Assembly (NCBI GenBank): GCA_019828565.1
Contig: JAHDYR010000069.1
Location: forward strand, 124,001-188,000
Source: Carpediemonas membranifera BICM
Taxonomy: Eukaryota; Protista; Fornicata
Direction: 5' to 3'
Length of the DNA: 64,000 bases
Shown here in pieces: positions 1 to 10,624 of the stretch. The notes beneath the pieces are model-generated. The model ran no database searches. It was not told where the DNA came from and worked only from the letters and a program-made list of their open reading frames with translations. How positions within the stretch are numbered: position 1 is the first letter of the stretch; each line of letters starts with the position of its first letter. A program made the position numbers and the translations under genes.

Positions 1-19
1 TATCATCAGCCACACGGGC

Positions 20-1021
20 ATGACTGCCACATCAGCCCGCGATATTGATGTGAGCGAGCTCCAGATTCCCCCGGAACTCTCTGACTGGTTGCTATTCACC
101 GGGGCACCATCTGCGATGTCCGCTGTGATGCCTAGCACCTTCTCGCAGGCTCTCAAGTCGGTCGGGCTGAGTGTTAACCAGCTTCGCTATGCGCCCACTG
201 TGCATGTCGATCTCAATCAGCTCAAGAAGCGGGTGATTGAGACACAAAGACGGACTGGCAGGCCCAGGGATCCGATCAAGGTTCGTAAGGTCATTAAGGA
301 CAAGCGCATCAGCCTGACCGATGAGCAGTTCAGGCATCAGTTGGCGTCCAGTCACTTAACGACCACGCGGCGCCCAACGATCCTCGATCTCAACCCGGAG
401 ATCCGAAGCTCTGCTGACCTGGTGCCGCCGACGCTCGATGACTGGCTTTACAACAAGCTCAGGATTAGGATGGTCCAGCTCCACGACCAGCGTAAGCCCG
501 AGGGGGGCGACACGGGGGAGGGTGAGTCTGACGATGAGGCGCTGTTTGACGAGACAGCTGGCGAGGCAGAGATGCCGGAGACCGCAGTGGAGGGCGAGTT
601 TGACGATGAGGCCGGGTTGGAGATGCTGGAAGGAGAGTGGGAGGATGAGGAGAGTTCAGACAGCGATGCCGAGGATAGCCTCGTCGACAACCTGTCATTT
701 GTTCAGTCACAACAGGTTGAGTGTGATATGTCTGAGAGAGATACCGATGAGGGTGTCCGTAGCGGGGCCAATGGAAGTGGGCTCGCTCCGCTCTATGACG
801 CTATGAAGACCAGGGAGCCCAGCAGACGCATTCGCCTTCGCCGCTATCACGAGAGCGAGTCAGACTTGGGCAGCAGCAGCGACAGCGAGGACGGGATGCC
901 GAAGCTGCCCGTTGAGGCCTTTGAGCACATCCGTGATGCCGGGATGACAACTGTGAGGCTGACGAGGGCCGAGTATGACGACCTGATGGAGAAGAGAGAG
1001 CAGGAAAAGCACCAGAAGTAA
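20..1021 (+). CDS. Hypothetical acidic low-complexity protein, possibly 5'-partial. It may continue through a frameshift and a stop into 1029-1650.
   Basis: 333-aa ORF with D/E-rich tracts. ORFs 1029-1274 and 1353-1811 share one frame and are separated by a single stop. Confidence 0.5.
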   Translation: MTATSARDIDVSELQIPPELSDWLLFTGAPSAMSAVMPSTFSQALKSVGLSVNQLRYAPTVHVDLNQLKKRVIETQRRTGRPRDPIKVRKVIKDKRISLTDEQFRHQLASSHLTTTRRPTILDLNPEIRSSADLVPPTLDDWLYNKLRIRMVQLHDQRKPEGGDTGEGESDDEALFDETAGEAEMPETAVEGEFDDEAGLEMLEGEWEDEESSDSDAEDSLVDNLSFVQSQQVECDMSERDTDEGVRSGANGSGLAPLYDAMKTREPSRRIRLRRYHESESDLGSSSDSEDGMPKLPVEAFEHIRDAGMTTVRLTRAEYDDLMEKREQEKHQK

Positions 1022-1646
1022 ATGGCGAGTGATTATCAACTGGATGCAGAGGCTGAGCGGCGTAACTAGCCTGCCAGGGTCCGTGTACACAGTATGTGTC
1101 TTGGCCAAGCTTGACTTCGTCGGTTGGCCGAAAAAGCATAAACTGCACGGGTCCAGGTCGGCAACCGTTGCCGACCTGGAAGCCGCTCCTTGGGCGTTGA
1201 AGAACAGAAGAGAAAGCGATCAGCGATGCTTTTATGCAGTATTAAGCAGGTTGTGCGCGTCAAATGTCCGGTAATGCATTCGTCACCATCTAATCAACAT
1301 CAACTCTTTTTCTCGGCAATGCAGAGGAGAATGCCCGTCACTAAAGGATGATTTGGTACTAACAGGCTTTAATAAGCATGTCAAGCCTGTGATCACGATA
1401 ACAGCCTTCAATAACTACATCAAGGCAATACATCAAGAAGATTGTTTAAAGAGACGGCGGGGAGCAAGATGCAGGGAGAGCGGCAGGGAAACGAAGGCAT
1501 GGGGACAGGAGCCCGAGAAGAGCGCCTGGAGAACGGTGAGGAAGAACGGCGGGGAAGAGCAGCCGGGCGCATGGGTACACACATCTGTCATCATGTGGCA
1601 TCAACATTGCCACAGTGGTCAACTCAATAACAAGCAATGTCTTCAT

Positions 1647-2928
1647 TTACTCACTGTTCTGGATCACCAATTCGTACGACGAGTAACAGTCGGGACAGAG
1701 CCGAATCTTGGGAATCGACTTGCCACAGATGACAATCTTCAGCAGCTCCATCTGTACGCAGTTGGCAGAGTTACAGAACCAGTGCCCGCACTGCCTACAG
1801 TGCACGGCTGAGTCGTTGCGTCGGCATGCGTAACACTTCTTCTCATTGAGGCAATAGCTACACGTGTATTTCCAGCGACCCTTAGTGGACTCGGCCCAGT
1901 TCTTGTTCTTTCCAGTCTTAGGCCGGGGAGGGACACAGCGTGAGTTGTCGTGGAAGTTCACTTTGCATTCCTGGCAAGTCACAAACTTTGACGTCACGCG
2001 ATTGTCGATCCAGTCCAGACTGTGGCAATGGCCGCAACAGAAACAAAGCAGCCTATTCTGAATGTCGAGAATCGAGAAAGAATCATCACCGACCTCAGAC
2101 ACATCGTCATCGTTGTCCCCTTGGCTGGCCAGACGTGCCTCCACGGTGGCGAGCCTCTGATCGACACTCATCGCGACACGGTGAACATCGTGCAGCACAA
2201 TCGACTCGCGAGGCGCTTGAGGGGAAGCTGGAGAGGGAACCGAAGTGGGACCGGACGATGAGTGCAGGAAAGGCTCACTTTTCACGCAAAGCTTTTGCTT
2301 CACGTGTGTAAGGGCGGGGGTGGCAGGGTTGGGGATTTCAACTGTTCTGCACTTGCCCACAAATCTCTCCGGGTCATTGATATCGGGCACACAGAGATTA
2401 AAGTCTCGGGAGTCGAGATTATCTGGCACAGGAATATTGAGTCTCGACAGGACGGATCTGATCGCGCTGGTTAGCTCCGAACGGACTGGGCGAGGAGCTC
2501 TTGCAGAGAGCATGGACAACCTTGGGTTTCCCGTCAGATATGGCCACAGTCACCCCCATCGTCTCAGCCCAATCTCGGACGTTCTTCGCAACAACCCTTC
2601 CCATCGAGACGCCAGGTTTCAACTTCAGCTCATCGAGGAAGTCCGGTGTTTCGGAGCACGGCTGAAGAAACGACACGATGATGTGGTTGAACGCATTTCC
2701 GAGCTTTTTGATGGACAGGCCAGTTGGGTCTGAGTCAAAGACGTCAAACGCAAACGTGAAGAAGGCCTTAAGCATGCCCATCATGAGAATTGACCGGCAA
2801 GTACTCAAAGCGGTTGTGTTCCACTTCGTCATCGGTCTCGATCTCTTAGAAACAGCCTTAACTGCATGATCGTCCGCCATGTTCTCATTTACGGCCGCGC
2901 GCTTCGTTTCTAGCTCCGTTTCTGTCAT
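1647..2928 (-). CDS. PHD-like/Cys-rich zinc-finger protein, probably one gene split by a frameshift near 2420-2520
   Basis: CFCCGHC...FVTCQECKVNFHDNSRC...WKYTCSYC has PHD-like C4HC3 spacing. A second finger follows (CYAC..HCRQCGHWFC...C...LCPDC). The upstream ORF 2419-2928 overlaps on the same strand. Confidence 0.6.
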
Positions 2929-3025
2929 TCCAGAGTAGATTTTCTACTAAAAATTGGCATTGTTACAACCAATCATTAACATTAATAGAGAAGGAGAATA
3001 AAGACTCACCAGCCCGCGGCCAATC

Positions 3026-5567
3026 GTGACCCAGGTTCGCATCAGACGTCGAAAGAGACGAGTTAAACATGAGGCTGGGCAATTGTCTTCTGAGCTAATC
3101 CTTAACCTTTCAAAGAGGATGCTAATACCGAAGTGGACGCTATTACACGGCACTATTTATGCTCCTCAAGAGGATACTGGCATCAACACCATTCTATGCA
3201 GCGTGTACCTTTCCATTGACTCAGATAACGTCAGCACACATCGGTTTCGTGTTTCCAAAGCTCCCCAACGCCGTGAGTTCGTCCAGGTTGTTCAAGAGTT
3301 GCTCAGTGCAGGATATATATGTCGCCAGGATGTTTCAAAGCAGCTGTACCCCTCTCCGACTGCCACATCTATCGCTGCGGAGAAGAGGAATCACACGACT
3401 TACCCAAGAGCCTACGTGAAGCATACATCCGCAGTTGACACTCTCGCAGCCGAGAATGAGTGTCTACGGAAGCGTCTGGCCGACACGGAGCGCCTGATTC
3501 AACTAACGAACCAGCTCAAGTCCATCACAAACGGATACAATGCCGTTAACGACGAGATCCGCATAATGAACTCTCTTGCAGGTAGGCTTAACCTTGATAT
3601 TGTGCGGATATCTCCTGTTACCTCGAAGATCAAGTCTCTCGCGTGTAATATCCAGAATATGGAGGAGATAGAATCACTTCTCCAATCTGACACCGCTTGG
3701 AAGAGATTTATCCGCAGTCACGTTCCCGCCAACATTCAGCACAGGGTAACGGCGAGAAGGTCTGATCAGGCCAATCAGGAATATGAGCTCGACCTCATCA
3801 CCCATGTCGAAGCTCCTCTTGATGTTGTACGATCATCTATTCAGGGCGACTCGGCCCATGCAGAGCACGTTGCAGGAAAGATCGTCGTCTTCTATGACTC
3901 AGAGCAGGACCGTGAGACTCACTATAGCATCATGAAAGAGCAAGGCCTCACCCCTCGGATGCAGACGAGTGCAAGATATACCCATGTATATCATGCATCA
4001 TTTGATATCATGGAGTATTATCGCCAAGCGGTTGCATTCCCCGTATCGCTGGAGACGTCACGATCCGGGCGCAAGAGTGCAGCTCGGACATTAAGACGAC
4101 AGAGTCATTCCGCTGAGACGGGGACGATCCCACTCGTGTTAGAGTTGTGGGTCGATGCGTGGAGAGGGCTGACAACCGCTGTTAAGATTCGTTTCCTCGA
4201 CGACTCCCACAAAGTCTTTCCGTCTGGTGCGACTCCTCCTTTCCGGATTCTTGAATACAACGGCCCAGAAAGTCTCATCACTGAGCATTTTGCCTTCATT
4301 GAACAGTCCATCGAGAGCACACACCGCGAGGTGCTGGAAGTCAGGAACACGGGTCTCCTCTGCCGAGTAACGCGTGTCTTTATTATCGCTGACCATCCAG
4401 CCATGTCCAAGGTTTGCGGGGCACTCATTGGAGGCAATTACCCCTCGCCATTCAGTCCCGTTCATTCGAAGAACAAGGGCTGGAGTCCCTTTGGTCGCAC
4501 CCCGCGCTGCACCTTGGCAGATATCCTGCTGGCGAAGCATAAGTCACAGTTCGACACTATTATGGACAGAGAGGCCAAATGGGGATCCTTCTATAACCAT
4601 CAGAAGAAGTGCATCGCTCCCACTTTGTTTGAGACGTCGACTGCGTCGCTGCCCAGAGACTGCGTCTTCTTATTCCCTCCAATCATGCATGTCAGTCATG
4701 ACTTTGTGTCGTTGATTCATGCCATGTGCCGCATGTTCAAGCCAGAGCCAATTGACCCAGAGAGCGACCCTCGTCAAATTAAGGAGGTGAAGGAACGCGA
4801 TGCTAGCGAATCTGGCGTCGTTTGAGCCACCCAGCCGTACGACGGGCTGCAACGAGCAAGTCAAGGGGAGAAAGATGATAGCATCGATTGGACTTAAGCT
4901 GCATCGTGCGTTCCCGCCCCCCGTGCAGTCATTATTCATACTCGCTGCATACCTCCAGGAGCACTACTATTCCCACGAGGATGTAACTGAGAACATGGTC
5001 GTGTGGCATCGCTTGACAGCACTTCTCGTGCACCTCTTCTCTGTGACCATGTGTCTTAGCACATCTAACACGGTTGCCCCAGACATTCCGATCCGTCAAC
5101 CAGCTGCGACTCCCGATACGGCGCCGTGTGTTGATACACTTCACGGATTGGCGCGTATTGCCGCGCTGCCGGATATACAAGCGAAGACTCGGGCTTCCTT
5201 TGGTCGAGTCATCGAAGAGTGCTTTGAACGTGATTTCATTGGGAATCAGGAGAGTCGAGTGCGATTGCGTCAGAACCAGACGGTTCTTGAGAGCACTATT
5301 CTGAAGGAGCAGGTTGAGTTGCTGTTCAGATGCCTTCGTGGAGTGATTTCCTACGGAAGACGCGAAACAGATGTCCCACCCCAGTCACCCCTGAAACATA
5401 TGCGCATTCATAAGTGTTGTAAGGATGCCAATTGGTGGCTTCGTATCCGGAGTGTGCATTCTAAGACGCTGACAGCGACTGAGTGCCAAAAAGCTGCACA
5501 TGGTGTTTACGAAGGAAGTCAACGGCCTATGGCGCACTGTCTTGTCGAAAGCAGACTGTACCTTTGA
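3026..5567 (+). pseudogene. DDE transposase of the RAG1/Transib/CACTA-Mirage-Chapaev type, with a frameshift near 4800
   Basis: Motifs occur in the expected order: LELWVD (D, 4154), ILEYNGPES, FIIADHPAMSKVCG (D, 4391), YPSPFS (at the CxxC position), PTLFET...PPIMH, LH (5142), SFGRVIEECFE (E, about 5226). Removing 1 nt near 4799 joins EVKER to MLANLASF. Confidence 0.6.
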
Positions 5568-5677
5568 CTCAGACTGGCTGTATGTTCCCATTCACGAGCA
5601 GGGACACACTCTTGATGTTTGCATATGTAAGAGATAGTAAAGATCGGATTTAGTCTCGCGGTCAATCTCACGTGGCC

Positions 5678-5746
5678 CAGAGCAGCGTGCTCCTGGAATC
5701 AACAGGGCATAAAACACCCTGCGTATTCCGGTAGCACACCGTTCTG
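5678..5746 (-). ncRNA. Conserved bulged hairpin, a candidate structured RNA or ssDNA element
   Basis: The minus strand CAGAACGGUGUGCU-A-CC-GGAAU-AC-GC-AGGGUG-loop-UGCCCU-GU-UG-AUUCC-A-GG-AGCACGCUGCUCUG folds as one long stem. It is homologous to the hairpin in the 535-bp unit. Confidence 0.5.
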
Positions 5747-6717
5747 ACTCATACGTCCGTCTCTGGTTGTCGTATACAGGTCTATTTACGTGTTTGGCGA
5801 TGGCGCTCCCTTAAATCTGCTTGAACAGCGTGTCGTGGCTGTCAGTATGCTGCAAATGTCTCAGCGAGAAAGGAGTCACCAATCGCGTTCAGCTTTCTTG
5901 TTTCTCGCCTGATAAGGCTCGTAATATCGTTCAAGCGTGAATCTATGAAGTAATGGGACTGAATGGCCTCTATTGCGTCAATTTCTTGCGTAATCGTTGT
6001 TGAATGGCCTAGAATAGATGTTGCAGCTGCTTCCAGCTCCTGTTGCATAGTATATGCTGTGTTTTGGATAATTGGTCGTGTTCAGGCAGAATTTTTTCGT
6101 GCAAAGTGCAGGCTAATACGCGCCCTTAAACTGTGGGATCAGCCGATGGGTAAATATACTGAGAAAAAACCATATAGCTGAGTTCACTGTCTTGTGCTGA
6201 ATACGGTGGTGCCATTTATTTCTCTGAATCGCTAAGTTTTGTCAGCGTTGACCGCGCACGACCGGTCGTCCTTACGCGATGTCACCAACACCATCATATT
6301 CTTCCCCCCTGATATTCTACGTGTCCCCCAGTCTGGATTCGTGGTCTGCAATATTCACAGAGATATTCGCCTTCTCTTTCGCGAATTTGACTCTGATCAA
6401 GTCGAAAAACGAAAAAACGACCATATCTCGAAATCTACACGTTGGAATCGGTACCAGAGTGATTTTGCGCATATGTACATCCCGTCAGCAGTCTGCAAAA
6501 TCACTCTCATACCGATTCCAACGTGTCAATTTTGAGATATTGCTCGTTTCATCGTTTTGCCTTAACCTGCGTCGCAAAGAAGTCGAAATCAGTGCTTAGA
6601 CCGCACTGTACCTCTTTACAGGCTCTCTGCATACGCGCTTTAGTATGCAATGAAGGTATTCATTTTCCCGTAAATTGTTTAAATTCAATGAATACTTCAT
6701 TTTCGGTCCGGAAGAAA

Positions 6718-6774
6718 TAGATAATCTAGGGTTTTTAGGCCCTAGATTATCTAGAAAAAATCGTAGATTATCTA
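6718..6774. repeat. Three subterminal palindromic motifs TAGAT(A/T)ATCTA
   Basis: Copies at 6718-6728, 6743-6753 and 6764-6774. The first two lie within a 14-bp inverted repeat (TAGATAATCTAGGG / CCCTAGATTATCTA). Confidence 0.85.
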
Positions 6775-6789
6775 CCGACTTTCACAGTA

Positions 6790-7754
6790 TGAGGAGCTGG
6801 TTGGTCGGACGGCCAGGAGCTGCAGCCACTACTTGAGGTCTGCTGTGTAGGGGTGGATGTCGACCCAGTTCTCCGTGGCAGAAGGGAGCGTGCGGAGCTT
6901 CAGGGTAGCCCGTCTTGCAGAGGTGGCGAAGAAGGAGAGCTTGCCTACGATCTTCGCCCAGTCTTTCGCGCGGATGCGCTTCTTGACGAGTGCTTCTGAT
7001 AGGGCCTCTGCGTACCTCTTGGCCTTGTCGGCGGGGAGACGGATGGTGTTGGACGTGGTGTTCAGGAGCAGGCCAAGGAATTCTATGCACTGGCACGGTG
7101 TTAAGATGCACTTCTCCAGCGACGGGATGAGGCCCAGTGCCTCCATCGTCTTGATGATCTTGGGTATTTCCTTGCTGAGGTGGTCTCTGCTGTCGGCTGA
7201 CAGTAAGAAGTCGTCGAGGTAGACGTTGATGATTACCTTGTGGCGGAGGCGATGACCTTTGCTACCTGGACCATAGCGGACTGGAAGAAATAAGGCGCGG
7301 CGGTCCAACCGAAGCCTAGCGTGCGGTATTGGAACGCCCGACCGTCGGGCAGAGCGATGCCCAGGAGCGGTTTGTCCGAGTTTCTGATGGCCAGCTGTGA
7401 GTAGCCGGATCTTAGGTCTATCTTGGCCATCCAGGCCTGGCTGGAGAGTGTGTTGATGGCACGACGTATGCCGAACAGACGGAAGGAGCGGCGTTCGCGT
7501 GTGACCGTGTTCAGTCGCCTCAGGTCGTGGATCACTCTTATGTCTTCCCCCTTGGGGACAGCAAACAGCGGGGCGCTGTGCTTGAGCTGACTGAGGGGCG
7601 TCGGCTCGATGATTCCTTGTTGTGTCATTGATTCGAGCTTCGGAAGTATCCTCGGGTCGATGGTACTCTGTGGTGCTGCCGGTGGTGGAGGCGCTGTGAT
7701 CTCTACGGGGATTCCGTCTCGTACCCACGCTACTACTGCTGGAGATACCCTGAA
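6790..7754 (-). pseudogene. DIRS-type (tyrosine-recombinase retrotransposon) reverse transcriptase fragment
   Basis: Reads GIIEP..APLFAVPK..RVIHDLRRLN..AKIDLRSGYSQ..YRTLGFGWTAAPYFF, then a frameshift near 7240. It continues VYLDDFLL, EKCILTPCQCIEFLG, IRLPADK and DLK*W (LxWW motif with TAG). No RNase H or recombinase is present. Confidence 0.85.
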
Positions 7755-7757
7755 TTA

Positions 7758-10527
7758 CCTCTGGCTGATTCCAGCAGTTTGGCACAGCCGGGTCCCTTGT
7801 CCTCATTTGCGCATTCGCATATGATGTTTGAGGTGAGTCATAACGGTTTCTCCTGCAACCACTCCTGATCATGTTCTGTTTCTGTTGCTGGTAGTATTCT
7901 CCTTTCTCTGGTAGTTTGTCTGACAGTGCTATGCCATATGCGCGACCGTGTGGCGGTGTGGTGCTACCGGAATACACGGGGCCTTCCCCTCGTTGATCCC
8001 AGGAGTGCCATATCCCTACCTGGCCGTCATATGCTCGTGACTGTCCTGCTGGGTTGCGCTATTTTCTCTGTGCCCTCCCGGTGCGTTCTTTTTGCTGATA
8101 GTTTGGTTGTCCCCTCATGACCTACTCTAGCTTGTAGTTGTTGTGAACTTTTTCCAGCGCTCTGATTCCTGTTCTGAGTCTTTCCCATACCTCTTTCGAT
8201 CTCCAGAGTAGCAGCTGCCAGAGTTTGCGTGTGGGTCGCTCGCTGTACCACCATCCTTGCGGTCCTCGTCTAATAGCCATGTGCTGGTCTTTCCTCTGGC
8301 TGATTCCAGCAGTTTGGCACAGCCGGGTCCCTTGTCCTCATTTGCGCATTCGCATATGATGTTTGAGGTGAGTCATAACGGTTTCTCCTGCAACCACTCC
8401 TGATCATGTTCTGTTTCTGTTGCTGGTAGTATTCTCCTTTCTCTGGTAGTTTGTCTGACAGTGCTATGCCATATGCGCGACCGTGTGGCGGTGTGGTGCT
8501 ACCGGAATACACGGGGCCTTCCCCTCGTTGATCCCAGGAGTGCCATATCCCTACCTGGCCGTCATATGCTCGTGACTGTCCTGCTGGGTTGCGCTATTTT
8601 CTCTGTGCCCTCCCGGTGCGTTCTTTTTGCTGATAGTTTGGTTGTCCCCTCATGACCTACTCTAGCTTGTAGTTGTTGTGAACTTTTTCCAGCGCTCTGA
8701 TTCCTGTTCTGAGTCTTTCCCATACCTCTTTCGATCTCCAGAGTAGCAGCTGCCAGAGTTTGCGTGTGGGTCGCTCGCTGTACCACCATCCTTGCGGTCC
8801 TCGTCTAATAGCCATGTGCTGGTCTTTCCTCTGGCTGATTCCAGCAGTTTGGCACAGCCGGGTCCCTTGTCCTCATTTGCGCATTCGCATATGATGTTTG
8901 AGGTGAGTCATAACGGTTTCTCCTGCAACCACTCCTGATCATGTTCTGTTTCTGTTGCTGGTAGTATTCTCCTTTCTCTGGTAGTTTGTCTGACAGTGCT
9001 ATGCCATATGCGCGACCGTGTGGCGGTGTGGTGCTACCGGAATACACGGGGCCTTCCCCTCGTTGATCCCAGGAGTGCCATATCCCTACCTGGCCGTCAT
9101 ATGCTCGTGACTGTCCTGCTGGGTTGCGCTATTTTCTCTGTGCCCTCCCGGTGCGTTCTTTTGCTGATAGTTTGGTTGTCCCCTCATGACCTACTCTAGC
9201 TTGTAGTTGTTGTGAACTTTTTCCAGCGCTCTGATTCCTGTTCTGAGTCTTTCCCATACCTCTTTCGATCTCCAGAGTAGCAGCTGCCAGAGTTTGCGTG
9301 TGGGTCGCTCGCTGTACCACCATCCTTGCGGTCCTCGTCTAATAGCCATGTGCTGGTCTTTCCTCTGGCTGATTCCAGCAGTTTGGCACAGCCGGGTCCC
9401 TTGTCCTCATTTGCGCATTCGCATATGATGTTTGAGGTGAGTCATAACGGTTTCTCCTGCAACCACTCCTGATCATGTTCTGTTTCTGTTGCTGGTAGTA
9501 TTCTCCTTTCTCTGGTAGTTTGTCTGACAGTGCTATGCCATATGCGCGACCGTGTGGCGGTGTGGTGCTACCGGAATACACGGGGCCTTCCCCTCGTTGA
9601 TCCCAGGAGTGCCATATCCCTACCTGGCCGTCATATGCTCGTGACTGTCCTGCTGGGTTGCGCTATTTTCTCTGTGCCCTCCCGGTGCGTTCTTTTTGCT
9701 GATAGTTTGGTTGTCCCCTCATGACCTACTCTAGCTTGTAGTTGTTGTGAACTTTTTCCAGCGCTCTGATTCCTGTTCTGAGTCTTTCCAATTCCTCTTT
9801 CGATCTCCAGAGTAGCAGCTGCCAGAGTTTGCGTGTGGGTCGCTCGCTGTACCACCATCCTTGCGGTCCTCGTCTAATAGCCATGTGCTGGTCTTTCCTC
9901 TGGCTGATTCCAGCAGTTTGGCACAGCCGGGTCCCTTGTCCTCATTTGCGCATTCGCATATGATGTTTGAGGTGAGTCATAACGGTTTCTCCTGCAACCA
10001 CTCCTGATCATGTTCTGTTTCTGTTGCTGGTAGTATTCTCCTTTCTCTGGTAGTTTGTCTGACAGTGCTATGCCATATGCGCGACCGTGTGGCGGTGTGG
10101 TGCTACCGGAATACACGGGGCCTTCCCCTCGTTGATCCCAGGAGTGCCATATCCCTACCTGGCCGTCATATGCTCGTGACTGTCCTGCTGGGTTGCGCTA
10201 TTTTCTCTGTGCCCTCCCGGTGCGTTCTTTTTGCTGATAGTTTGGTTGTCCCCTCATGACCTACTCTAGCTTGTAGTTGTTGTGAACTTTTTCCAGCGCT
10301 CTGATTCCTGTTCTGAGTCTTTCCCATACCTCTTTCGATCTCCAGAGTAGCAGCTGCCAGAGTTTGCGTGTGGGTCGCTCGCTGTACCACCATCCTTGCG
10401 GTCCTCGTCTAATAGCCATGTGCTGGTCTTTCCTCTGGCTGATTCCAGCAGTTTGGCACAGCCGGGTCCCTTGTCCTCATTTGCGCATTCGCATATGATG
10501 TTTGAGGTGAGTCATAACGGTTTCTCC
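7758..10527. repeat. Tandem array of a 535-bp unit, about 5.2 copies
   Basis: Units start at 7758, 8293, 8828, 9362, 9897 and 10432 (partial, 96 bp). The copies are near-identical, with a 1-bp deletion near 9160 and two substitutions near 9790. Confidence 0.97.
7955..8014 (+). ncRNA. Conserved bulged hairpin in the repeat unit (also at 8490-8549, 9025-9084, 9559-9618, 10094-10153)
   Basis: GGUGUGGUGCU-A-CC-GGAAU-AC-AC-GGGG-CCUU-CCCC-UC-GU-UG-AUCCC-A-GG-AGUGCCAUAUC. Several G-U pairs favour the + strand. Confidence 0.5.
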
Positions 10528-10624
10528 CTTCCTGGGCCTTCCGTGTTCAGCTTGCTGTGTTGGTCGTGTGTTTAATTAGCGTGGTGTAAATGTAAAGGCT
10601 ACGTGTAAAGGTTATCTGTAACGT

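Larger units (their letters stand above)
1..6785. mobile_element. Degenerate multi-ORF DNA transposon-like element (left end outside the window)
   Basis: Contains a DDE transposase-like ORF and several frameshifted or stop-interrupted ORFs, with no housekeeping genes. It ends in AT-rich sequence with three TAGAT(A/T)ATCTA palindromes, at the point where the neighbouring RT is cut off. Confidence 0.55.

Noticed and set aside
1647-6790. True ProtoRAG (RAG1L-RAG2L) with RSS-like ends
   Set aside because: The finger gene has no kelch propeller and is divergent rather than convergent. CACAGTA (6783) has the wrong polarity, and GGTTTTTAG (6730) has no heptamer at 12 or 23 nt.
7944-8010. tRNA gene
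   Set aside because: It has a tRNA-like start (GACCGTGTGGC) and a B-box-like motif, but no acceptor stem or anticodon arm.
7758-8292. Known ribozyme (hammerhead, HDV, hairpin, twister, pistol) in the repeat unit
   Set aside because: No CUGANGA core was seen on either strand. Fragments such as UGACUGUCCUG, UACCUGG, ACCAGAGAAA and GCGAAUG occur, but on inconsistent strands or without their partner helices.
7926-10393. Repeated short ORFs (64-80 aa) as genes
   Set aside because: They are by-products of the tandem array, with no motifs, and the unit length breaks the frame.
7758-10527. CRISPR array
   Set aside because: The units are 535 bp and identical throughout. There are no unique spacers and no cas genes, and the context is eukaryotic.
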